The notes under the pieces: generated by a model
Told to the model about the DNA's origin: nothing
Database searches by the model: none
The model's input: only the letters and a program-made list of their open reading frames with translations
Shown here: positions 38,149-49,332 of the stretch, one piece after another
Layout: the number at the start of each line of letters is the position of its first letter
Numbering within the stretch: position 1 is the first letter of the stretch
NCBI RefSeq assembly: GCF_006345805.1
Contig: NC_043020.1
Coordinates: 19,592,001 to 19,656,000 of the forward strand
DNA from: Octopus sinensis
Taxonomy: Eukaryota
Length of the DNA: 64,000 nt
Direction of reading: 5' to 3'
Made by a program: the position numbers and the translations under genes

Positions 38149-41001
38149 GTAAGTAACCTGCTCACCCTTACCATAGAAGCATTAGTCTTTCTCTTCCTTC
38201 AATTTCTCTAGCAGACACTTCTCTAAGACTAAGACCTACCTTCCTGGCTGACCCAGAAAGGGGGTTGCCTTGTTGTTTCTTCAGTAACCTGTTAAATGCT
38301 TCCTAATAAATATCCTTTCTGTTCTCTGTATTGAAACCTTTTGTTCAGTTTTACTTCTATTTTCCTTTGCTAGCATGGGTTGGATGGAGGTTCATTCAAG
38401 ATAACATTTTAGAGTTAGTTGCCCTTTCTGTTGTCAGTTCTTATCCCTCACTCAGTTTTTATTCCACTGGCCTTCACATGTGCAGGTAAACAGGGAATGT
38501 AAATATCCCATTATTGTTTCGTTCTAATGTCAACATTCACACACACGCATGGAGCAGGCTTCCATGAAGTTTCCATCTATCAGTTTCACTCACTGAGTAT
38601 TAATCATCTTAAGGTTATAATAGATGACACTCTCTGAGATAGAACTTGAAACCATGCAGTTATGAAATAATACCCACATCCACCCACCCAAGCCTGCAGC
38701 TGTATAATCCTGTAACCCCTAAATTATCATCATTTTAACATCCACTTTTCTATGCTTGCATGGGCCAGACAGAATTTACTGAGGTAGGTTTTCCTCAGGC
38801 GGATGCCCTTCCCATTGCTAACCCTTGTTTGTTTCCAAACAAGGAGATATTTCCCCCCCTGACCAGACGTGTTCTTGCAGAATGTTGGAAAGGAATGACA
38901 CTGCTTTTATGAAGCAATTAGCATGCCGTATCCAAATAAAAAGACACAACCATATCAACATGCACATGCACAAATATATATATACATGCATGCATGCTTA
39001 CATACATACATTGAGCTTCTTTCAGTTTCCATCTACTAAATCCACTCACTGGGCTTTGGTTGGCCCATGGCTATACTAGGGGACACTTACCCAAGGTGTC
39101 GCATACTGGGGCTGAACCCAGAACCACATGGTGAGGAAGCAAACTTCTTACGACACAGCCCATTGCAGCTGTCAAAATACAGAGAAAGTTTACTGAAGTC
39201 TAAAAAACTGTAAAACTTACATCCATCACCAGATATTCTAATGAATTGAATGAAATAATACTTATTAAAACATAAAGGGGTTATAGAGCTGTCAGTTTTG
39301 TTTATTTCTTTCCATAAGAGCAATAGACACAGAACAAGATCTACATTTTGTTGCATAACATTTAAATGTTCTCTCAAAGAAAAAACTAAGATAGTGACCA
39401 CAAGCACCAGTGATGGACTTTGTGTTGTTATGTAATCAATGAAGTGGCTATTTTTTTTTTTAAATAAGGCCCACACAAATCAGCTTAGTATGTCCCTTAA
39501 AAAAAACTCCTAGCTCTTTGAAATAGAGATGACATTAGTGAATAAAGTAACATATTCAGTGCATCAGCCACATCTTCAGCAAACTGCCTACTGTCTTAAA
39601 TAGGGACTTTATGAATCAGTAGTGGGGTTCTTTGGCTCTTGCTATCAATGGTTTTGTTTATTTTGACCTTCTCGTAATGTAGGATAAGGTTGAGAAAATT
39701 AGATATTGAACAAAGGATTTTTGGAAAATAATTTTTCTCAATGTTTTCACTTCCGCCTGTCATGATTATATTTCCAGTGACTGGACTGCCACTGTGTTCC
39801 TATAATTTTCAATATGTTTTATATTTTGGAAGACTATCTGTAAAAATCTCGATAAATTAGTACATTTGGCTAGTATTGACCAACTGAACTTAATGAAACA
39901 CATAAAGCAAAAATTCCTGAAAGTTAAAATCTAACATTAAGACTTATGAGAGACTCAGATCTGTATGTTCCTAACACCTCAACAAAAATAATAATAATAA
40001 TAATAAAAATAATGGTGGTGGTGGTGGTGGTAGTAGTAGTAGTAGTAAAGGTAGTAGTAGTTTCAAATTTTATTCTACAGCCAGCAATTTTAAGGGAAAA
40101 GGTTAGTCAATTACATCAACTCTACTGTTCAATTGGTGCTTATTTTATCAATCCTAAAAGGATGAAAGGCAAAATTGACCTTGGCAGAATTTGAACCCAG
40201 AATGTAAAGAACTGGAAAAAATGCCTAGCATTTTGTCTGAAGACCTGAAATTTTAGAGTGGAGGTTAATCAGTTACATCAACCCCAGTATTTGACTGGTA
40301 TTTCATTTTATCACTCTGAGAGGGATGAAAGGCAAAGTTGACTGTTGCAGGATTTGAGTTCAGAATGCAAAGAGTCTAAGCCAACCTCCACTGTCTACTT
40401 TGGTATGGGTTTTACAGCTTAATGCCCATCCTAACACCAACCGTTTTACAGAAGCACCCAGTCCATTCTGAAGTGGTTAGCATTAGGAAGGGCATCAAGC
40501 CATAAAAACCATGCCGAAACAAACAGATGAGCTTGGCACAGTCCTCTGGCTTGCCATCTCCTGTCAAACTGTAAGACCCCTGCCAGCATGGAAAACAGAC
40601 ATTAAATGATAGTGATGAATTGTTTCTAATGTAAGCACAAAGCCATCAATGCCAGTACTTGACTGATACTTTAATAATGATAACGGTTTCAAATTTGGCA
40701 CAAGGCCACCAATTTCGGGGAAGGAGCTAAGTTGATTATATCGTATCCAGTGCTCAACTGGTACTTATATTATTGACCCTGAAAGGAGGAAATGAAAATT
40801 TGAACCCAGAACGTAAAGACAAATGAAATGCCACTAAGCATTTTATTCAGTATGGTAACAATTCTACCAGCTCACCACCAGAGTTAATAATAATAATAAA
40901 TGTTCTTTTCTTTTCTTTTTATTGAATTTAATTTGTGAATTTGGAAAGTTCAGTTTTACTGATATCTTTATTCTCTTTATTTATCTGTTCTTTTCCCACA
41001 G

Positions 41002-41091
41002 CAAGTCCGTGAGTTGTCACGACACCAATTCATGCTGCGTGCCATAATTCAGAAGTGTCGTGAGAAGGCCGGTCTACCGGCACTCACATAA
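41002..41091 (+). CDS. TSG101: TSG101 terminal coding exon (QVRELSRHQFMLRAIIQKCREKAGLPALT*)
   Basis: ttcccacag acceptor; TAA at 41089-41091; aligns to human HVRLLSRKQFQLRALMQKARKTAGL. Exons 2-11 total 1287 nt in one frame. Confidence 0.96.
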   Translation, partial: QVRELSRHQFMLRAIIQKCREKAGLPALT

Positions 41092-41845
41092 ATTTTCTTC
41101 CAACTGCAACAACAACAACTAGGGCCCAAGAAACCTCTACCAGATTCTCAAATGGTCTTTTATTTATATTGCCTTCGATTCTTTTCTTTTATATTTCTGT
41201 TTTGTTTCTTATCAGCATAAGATTTGATGATCAAGGGGTGGGGGGGACATTAAACAAACGAAAGTGAACAGGCATATTTCTGTTTCTTTATATAACACAT
41301 TATTACAAATTTTTTTTATTTAAATTGTTACTGGTTCAACCCCCATCCCACCCCCCAACCCTTTTTCCCCTACACTTCTGCATCCTACAGACAAAAAAAC
41401 TTTTTAACATTTTTAACCTTTGTTAAATTCTGTTTTGAAACTACTCGCGCATGCATACACACACACACACACAGAGAGATTATAGTTTGTTCTTCTAATC
41501 CTCAGTATATTTGCTCTGTCCAGAACAAATTGAAATGGACATATTAGATATCTTGTTTCACTCATGTAGAACACTCAAATCATTCGAACTGGGTAGATTA
41601 TAACAATGTTGATTTATTTATTTTATAATGATTTTTGTAATAATAATAACAGCAACATTAATAATCATGATGATGATGATAATAAACTGAACTGCATAAT
41701 TTATTCATTGGCTAATTTTCAATTATTTTGTTATTAGTTGCACCCCCTTTGTAGAAATGTGCAATTCTTGCTTATTTCTATAAGCAGTAATGATAGCTAT
41801 CATACACACACACACACATGAGAAAGAGAACAATATTTGTTTCTC

Positions 41846-41889
<44 letters not shown>

Positions 41890-43065
41890 TGCACACACAC
41901 ACACACAGGATAAAGTGGCTGAGTGTTTTGGACATCAAATCAAATGCTGTCTGTTCCAGCACTTTGCATTCTGAGTTCGAATTCCACCTTGGTGCCGATG
42001 GCTTGGTTTAATCACCCAACCAAAGGAGAACCTTTTGCAACCCACAAGTGACTGACACAAGCACCTACATATATATACACACACACACACACATACAATT
42101 ATACATACAATCAGACTCTCTCCTTACACTGGGTGGTTCTTATCAAAAGAATAAATCCATATATTTTACTCCCACCTCACTCCTCTTCTCTTTAATTCTA
42201 TTATGTTAATAAAAAAAAAATGAAATTTGTATTTTCTGACCTTATTTAGTCAGTTTTAAAAACAAAGGAAAAAAAGACAATGCTTTATTATTTGTCAAAC
42301 ACTGTATAAATATATTGGAATGCAGATTTCCCATGCTGTGTTTGCTGACACATATTGTGGTGTGGTGTAGAGAGGCTGTGTGTTTAGTATACAGTTACTT
42401 GTTAGCATAGCACTATAGAAGCATCAGCTATTATTTACATGTCACACACACATTCAGATGACCATATTGCATGGGAGTAACTGACATGATGAATTGACAA
42501 ACTTATTTGGGTGTAGGACAAAAGCCTTGTGGTATTTGCTCTGACCCTTTGAATTCATTTCCTGCTGGGGTCAAAATTCTTTTGAAGATTCATAAAATAA
42601 AATACCAGTCAAGTGGATTGGCAGATCCCTAGTGGTATTTATTTGTGTCTTTGCATCCTTAATTCTTGTGTGGTTGACCTTTAATGTGTTGCCCAGTTTA
42701 ACACTCCTCAACAATCCTTGGAGACCTTTAGCAGAATATAGCATGTTGTAAAGATTTGGACGAGGTCTGCTTTGAGGATAATGTCTTCCTTTCCTCTTGC
42801 CTGAGAATATTGGTGGGATAAAAGGAAGGTCCTAAGAAGCTATAGGGTTTCAGGCCCTGCACTTCCCACTCTCATTTAACGAAATAATAAACAACCTAGA
42901 AGTTGAATATAAAACACATCTCAGAAGATGCCCCAGTCTGTTTGGCTGTAAGTGGGTACCACATTGCAGGAATAACTCACTGTGGTAATCAGTGGCAGCA
43001 CTGCAATTGACAAGTGTTAGTTTACGTGCATGTGTGTTATATGTATGAATGTATGTCTATGTAGA

Positions 43066-43096
<31 letters not shown>

Positions 43097-44365
43097 GTCT
43101 GTGTGTGTGTGTGTGTGTGTATAAATAAAAGAGCAAGAATGAGAAAAGGTGAATGCTAATCTATCTGTATACAGTTGTATGTTCAATACATTCAGACCTT
43201 TCTCCTACCTTTACACATACACAACCTCTCCTGTAGCAACATCGGATACTTAGCTTTCACATGTTTCACTCTGTATGGCTTCAAATAGCTACCACACAAC
43301 AAAAACAACTTGCTATGGTAAACAATGGGAACACTGAAAATGACATGTTTTTCTTAGCTCGTGGTGCTAAATTCTTGTGTCAGTCATTTGGGTTGTGAAA
43401 CCATTCCAGACCAGAGAACCACAATTGTCTTCTTCCATCGGATCTGCTTCTCGCCATTGGTTGGTTTTGATGGCAGCAGCTCTACGCAATGGCCTTGTTT
43501 AACTCTTTAACACACAGCAACATCCTTCCACTAAGTGACATCGTATTTGGAAATGCAAAATCTGAGTAATGAGAGAGGGAAGCTTCAATTTTGAATTAAA
43601 TATAATATATATACATAATAATGTAATAGTTATATTAAAATAAATATATTTACTAAACGATATGTATCGAGTACACTTTTGTTTATAATATTTCTTGCAG
43701 ATTCAATAATAGCAATACATACATGCATATATATATATATATATATATATATAGCAATAAGAAAATGGAGGGGATCGATAGTTGGTGTTCATCAACTTAT
43801 AGACATTATATTATGTTTATTTATTTATTTTTTAAAAAAGACAATTATAGCAATATACATACATGTATAACATATTATGCTTTACATATAAAATATATTA
43901 ATATATAAAAATACCAGTAATTATTAAAATATATAAAATATATAATGGGATAAAATCTTAGAGCTGTTTCAGCCAAATGGCCATCGTACCCCACTTCTAT
44001 CCCTTCAGTGAACTGAAGTATTTGGTAGATAAGATTAAGGTACTTGAGTGTGTCTCTGGGCTTCATCAGAGAGATTAGAAAATTCATAAGGTCAAGTTAT
44101 AAATACAGATACATACATATATACATAATTTTACATATACATGCATATACATAAACACATATACATATATCAAGATGTATATGCATACAAAGGAATCAAT
44201 TATCATTATTATTATTAGGTGTATTATATTATTCTTATTAGATAAAGAATAAACAGAGGTAGGAGAAAGTTATTAAAAGAGAAATAACAGTGCAATTTTT
44301 AAAAAATCAATGTATCTTAAGATTATTGTAATTATGAAGGAACGAAAAGGTGCATACATGGAGAG

Positions 44366-44397
<32 letters not shown>

Positions 44398-45662
44398 TGT
44401 GTGTGTGTGTGTGTGTGTATAAATAAAAGAGCAAGAATGAGAAAAGGTGAATGCTAATCTATCTGTATACAGTTGTATGTTCAATACATTCAGACCTTTC
44501 TCCTACCTTTACACATACACAACCTCTCCTGTAGCAACATCGGATACTTAGCTTTCACATGTTTCACTCTGTATGGCTTCAAATAGCTACCACACAACAA
44601 AAACAACTTGCTATGGTAAACAATGGGAACACTGAAAATGACATGTTTTTCTTAGCTCGTGGTGCTAAATTCTTGTGTCAGTCATTTGGGTTGTGAAACC
44701 ATTCCAGACCAGAGAACCACAATTGTCTTCTTCCATCGGATCTGCTTCTCGCCATTGGTTGGTTTTGATGGCAGCAGCTCTACGCAATGGCCTTGTTTAA
44801 CTCTTTAACACACAGCAACATCCTTCCACTAAGTGACATCGTATTTGGAAATGCAAAATCTGAGTAATGAGAGAGGGAAGCTTCAATTTTGAATTAAATA
44901 TAAATATATATACATAATAATGTAATAGTTATATTAAAATAAATATATTTACTAAACGATATGTATCGAGTACACTTTTGTTTATAATATTTCTTGCAGA
45001 TTCAATAATAGCAATACATACATGCATATATATATATATATATATATATAGCAATAAGAAAATGGAGGGGATCGATAGTTGGTGTTCATCAACTTATAGA
45101 CATTATATTATGTTTATTTATTTATTTTTTAAAAAAGACAATTATAGCAATATACATACATGTATAACATATTATGCTTTACATATAAAATATATTAATA
45201 TATAAAAATACCAGTAATTATTAAAATATATAAAATATATAATGGGATAAAATCTTAGAGCTGTTTCAGCCAAATGGCCATCGTACCCCACTTCTATCCC
45301 TTCAGTGAACTGAAGTATTTGGTAGATAAGATTAAGGTACTTGAGTGTGTCTCTGGGCTTCATCAGAGAGATTAGAAAATTCATAAGGTCAAGTTATAAA
45401 TACAGATACATACATATATACATAATTTTACATATACATGCATATACATAAACACATATACATATATCAAGATGTATATGCATACAAAGGAATCAATTAT
45501 CATTATTATTATTAGGTGTATTATATTATTCTTATTAGATAAAGAATAAACAGAGGTAGGAGAAAGTTATTAAAAGAGAAATAACAGTGCAATTTTTAAA
45601 AAATCAATGTATCTTAAGATTATTGTAATTATGAAGGAACGAAAAGGTGCATACATGGAGAG
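43097..45662. repeat. Near-identical 1.27-kb tandem duplication (43097-44365 and 44395-45662) bounded by (TA)n tracts
   Basis: The same text is read twice with an offset of ~1298; ORFs 43679/44978 and 43875/45172 are duplicated in the ORF track. Confidence 0.95.
43954..44076 (-). ncRNA. Degenerate type I hammerhead-like motif (second copy 45251-45373)
   Basis: - strand AATCTCT-CTGATGA-AGCC...GGCT-GAAAC-AGCT-CTA-AGATT. Core and stem II are present, but the triplet CTA cannot pair with C15.2. Confidence 0.5.
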
Positions 45663-45697
<35 letters not shown>

Positions 45698-45832
45698 ATT
45701 AGGGCTTAGTAAAATAAATTACTTTGCCACATACTGAACTTAGTAGAAAATTTCTCTCAGATAATGTTTACTCCAGATAGCTCACGAAGGTTTGGGGGTA
45801 AATACAGAAAAATATCACAAGTACATAGATCG

Positions 45833-45895
45833 TTTGAGTACGTCAACGTTTCAAGATTAGCCAAATAAAATCAGCATTTCTTTCGTCAGCTCAAA
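45833..45895 (-). ncRNA. Type I hammerhead ribozyme, intact core, GUA triplet
   Basis: Reverse complement of 46467-46529. Confidence 0.85.
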
Positions 45896-46466
45896 ATTTC
45901 TTAATTTGGATTTGGAAACACTAAAAAGAAGGAACTTTACCTATCAGGGAACTTGTCGCTTCAGATGAACCACTCCAACTAAACAGTGTCAACAAATTCA
46001 AAACGCGCAGGCGTAAAATTCTGCACTCCCCATTCCACCCAAGTGGTCTATCTAGCAAACATTATATTTTAACCGCGAGAACCGAGGCAGTATGACCGAG
46101 AGAAATTAATTATAATATCAACAATTGAGGGTAAAATTAATTAATTAATCAATTTCACCAAGTGTTCAGTATGTAAAAGGACCATTTAAGGCGAATTCAA
46201 AATATTACATTATATAATTAGGGCTTAGTAAAATAAATTACTTTGCCACATACTGAACTTAGTAGAAATAGCAGCCTCGTTTCTCGCGGTTAAAATATAA
46301 TGTTTGCTAGATAGACCACGTGGGTGGAATGGGGAGTGCAGAATTTTACGCCTGCGCGTTTTGAATTTGTTGACACTGTTTAGTTGGAGTGGTTCATCTG
46401 AAGCGACAAGTTCACTGATAGGTAAAGTTCCTTCTTTTTAGTGTTTCCAAATCCAAATTAAGAAAT

Positions 46467-46529
46467 TTTGAGCTGACGAAAGAAATGCTGATTTTATTTG
46501 GCTAATCTTGAAACGTTGACGTACTCAAA
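46467..46529 (+). ncRNA. Type I hammerhead ribozyme, intact core, GUA triplet
   Basis: TTTGAG-CTGACGA-AAGA(22 nt)TCTT-GAAAC-GT-TG-AC-GTA-CTCAAA: 6-bp stem I, CUGANGA/GAAA core, 4-bp stem II base, 4-bp stem III with a 2-nt loop. Confidence 0.87.
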
Positions 46530-47018
46530 CGATCTATGTACTTGTGATATTTTTCTGTATTTACCCCCAAACCTTCGTGAGCTATCTGGAGTAAACATTA
46601 TCTGAGTGAAATTTTCTTTAAGTAGTAGAAATGCTAAGAAAATTTTTTTTTGGCTGCTATTTCTACTAAGTTCAGTATGTGGCAAAGTAATTTATTTTAC
46701 TAAGCCCTAATTATATAATGTAATATTTTGAATTTGCCTTAAATGGTCCTTTTACATACTGAACACTTGGTGAAATTGATTAATTAATTAATTTTACCCT
46801 CAATTGTTGATATATATATATATATATATATACTAAGCAATAAAGGGTTTAGCAACGAATTGCCTTACCACATACCGAATTTAGAAATAGCAGTCAAAGA
46901 GTTATAGCTATTTCTTCTACCAAAAAGGGAGATCTCAGTAAAAACAGCAATTGGAAGGCAGACACAAACAGGTAAGAGAGAATGAATTAACGGCAATCTA
47001 TCATACATTTTTAAGTTA

Positions 47019-47125
47019 TCTACGGACGTACGTTTCGAAATCAAGTTTTTAGGAAAGCATAAGAATTAAATATTAAATATTAAATAATTCTATCTTACCG
47101 AAACTTCTTTTCTCTTCAGCGTAGA
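47019..47125 (-). ncRNA. Type I hammerhead ribozyme, unit 1, intact, GUC triplet
   Basis: - strand TCTACG-CTGAAGA-GAAA...(76-nt stem II region)...TTTC-GAAAC-GTAC-GTC-CGTAGA; perfect 6-bp stem I; palindromic ACGTACGT stem III. Confidence 0.87.
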
Positions 47126-47617
47126 ATACTATAATCATAAATGATTATATATTGATTTTGAGATACTAGAAGGCACCAACTCAACTCAGTATCAGAGCGA
47201 GCTAGAACCCGCAACTAGTATCACCGAATTCAACGTGTGAATGAAACGATTGTGTCACCAGCCCCTTCCCACCCGCGTGTAGCCAAAACAAGATGCTGTG
47301 GTCATCTACTGAGATAAAATATGGTTATCCGTAATAATGAAGGGTGAAATTAATTAATTTGGAATAATTATCAATTACACCAAGTAGTCTTCGGCATGTA
47401 AAAGCCTCATTCGAGGAAAATTTAAGTAATACTAAGCAATAAAGGGTTTAGCAACGAATTGCCTTACCACATACCGAATTTAGAAATAGCAGTCAAAGAG
47501 TTATAGCTATTTCTTCTACCAAAAAGGGAGATCTCAGTAAAAACAGCAATTGGAAGGCAGACACAAACAGGTAAGAGAGAATGAATTGACGGCAATCTAT
47601 CATACATTTTTAAGTTA

Positions 47618-47724
47618 TCTACGGACGTACGTTTCGAAATCAAGTTTTTAGGAAAGCATAAGAATTAAATATTAAATATTAAATAATTCTATCTTACCGA
47701 AACTTCTTTTCTCTTCAGCGTAGA
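47618..47724 (-). ncRNA. Type I hammerhead ribozyme, unit 2, intact
   Basis: Core and stems identical to unit 1. Confidence 0.87.
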
Positions 47725-48217
47725 ATACTATAATCATAAATGATTATATATTGAATTTTGAGATACTAGAAGGCACCAACTCAACTCAGTATCAGAGCGA
47801 GCTAGAACCCGCAACTAGTATCACCGAATTCAACGTGTGAATGAAACGATTGTGTCACCAGCCCCTTCCCACCCGCGTGTAGCCAAAACAAGATGCTGTG
47901 GTCATCTACTGAGATAAAATATGGTTATCCGTAATAATGAAGGGTGAAATTAATTAATTTGGAATAATTATCAATTACATCAAGTAGTCTTCGGCATGTA
48001 AAAGCCTCATTCGAGGAAAATTTAAGTAATACTAAGCAATAAAGGGTTTAGCAACGAATTGCCTTACCACATACCGAATTTAGAAATAGCAGTCAAAGAG
48101 TTATAGCTATTTCTTCTACCAAAAAGGGAGATCTCAGTAAAAACAGCAATTGGAAGGCAGACACAAACAGGTAAGAGAGAATGAATTGACGGCAATCTAT
48201 CATACATTTTTAAGTTA

Positions 48218-48324
48218 TCTACGGATGTACGTTTCGAAATCAAGTTTTTAGGAAAGCATAAGAATTAAATATTAAATATTAAATAATTCTATCTTACCGA
48301 AACTTCTTTTCTCTTCAACGTAGA
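48218..48324 (-). ncRNA. Hammerhead, unit 3, probably inactivated
   Basis: Core TTGAAGA (C3U) and triplet ATC instead of GTC (breaks the C15.2-G16.2 pair). Confidence 0.7.
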
Positions 48325-48975
48325 ATACTATAATCATAAATGATTATATATTGAATTTTGAGATACTAGAAGGCACCAACTCAACTCAGTATCAGAGCGA
48401 GCTAGAACCCGCAACTAGTATCACCGAATTCAACGTGTGAATGAAACGATTGTGTCACCAGCCCCTTCCCACCCGCGTGTAGCCAAAACAAGATGCTGTG
48501 GTCATCTACTGAGATAAAATATGGTTATCCGTAATAATGAAGGGTGAAATTAATTAATTTGGAATAATTATCAATTACACCAAGTAGTCTTCGGCATGTA
48601 AAAGCCTCATTCGAGGAAAATTTAAGTAATACTAAGCAATAAAGGGTTTAGCAACGAATTGCCTTACCACATACCGAATTAGAAATAGCAGTCAAAGAGT
48701 TATAGCTATTTCTTCTACCAAAAAGGGAGATCTCAGTAAAAACAGCAATTGGAAGGCAGACACAAACAGGTAAGAGAGAATGAATTGACGGCAATCTATC
48801 ATACATTTTTAAGTTATCTACGGACGTACGTTTCGAAATCAAGTTTTTAGGAAAGCATAAGAATCAAATATTAAATATTAAATAATTCTATCTTACCGAA
48901 ACTTCTTTTCTCTTCAAAGAAGTAAAAGAATATATATATATATAAAAGAAGTAAAAGAATATATATATATATATA

Positions 48976-49332
48976 TTCTTTTACTTCTTTTAGTCATTTG
49001 ACTGTGGAGCACTGCCTTTAGTTGAACAAAATGACCCCAGGGCTAATTCTTGTAAGCCTAGTAATTATTCTCAGTCTCTTTTGCCAAATTGTAAACATAC
49101 CAACATCAGTTGTCAAGCGATGGTGGGAGAACAAACAAACAAATACATACATATATGTGTATATATATGCAACGGGCTTCTTTCAGTTTCTGTCTACCAA
49201 ATCCACTCACAAGGCTTTGGTTTTCCCCAAGTCTATAGTAGAAGTCACTTGCTCAAGATGCCTCACAGTGAGACTGAACCTGGAACCATGTGGTTGGGAA
49301 GTAAGCTTCTTACCACACAGCCACTCCTGTGC
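48976..49332 (-). mobile_element. tRNA-derived SINE copy
   Basis: Same family as 34676-35036; its tail abuts the (TA)n tract at the end of the hammerhead array. Confidence 0.75.

Larger units (their letters stand above)
45691..46813. mobile_element. Inverted pair of ~560-bp hammerhead-bearing (Penelope-like/retrozyme) monomers
   Basis: The left arm has a 519-bp direct-repeat period (45691 vs 46210). From 46274 the sequence is the reverse complement of 46088 downward, with a GCC microhomology at the junction. Flanked by (TA)n on both sides. Confidence 0.8.
46831..48916 (-). repeat. Tandem array of ~3.5 units of 599-600 bp, each with a hammerhead motif (retrozyme-like)
   Basis: Units start at 46831, 47430, 48030 and 48630 and are nearly identical; no significant ORF. 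Confidence 0.93.

Noticed and set aside
46831-48916. CRISPR-like or coding interpretation of the tandem array
   Set aside because: Units are ~600 bp and identical throughout, with no unique spacers and no cas genes; the context is eukaryotic; ORF 48648-48842 has no recognisable homology.
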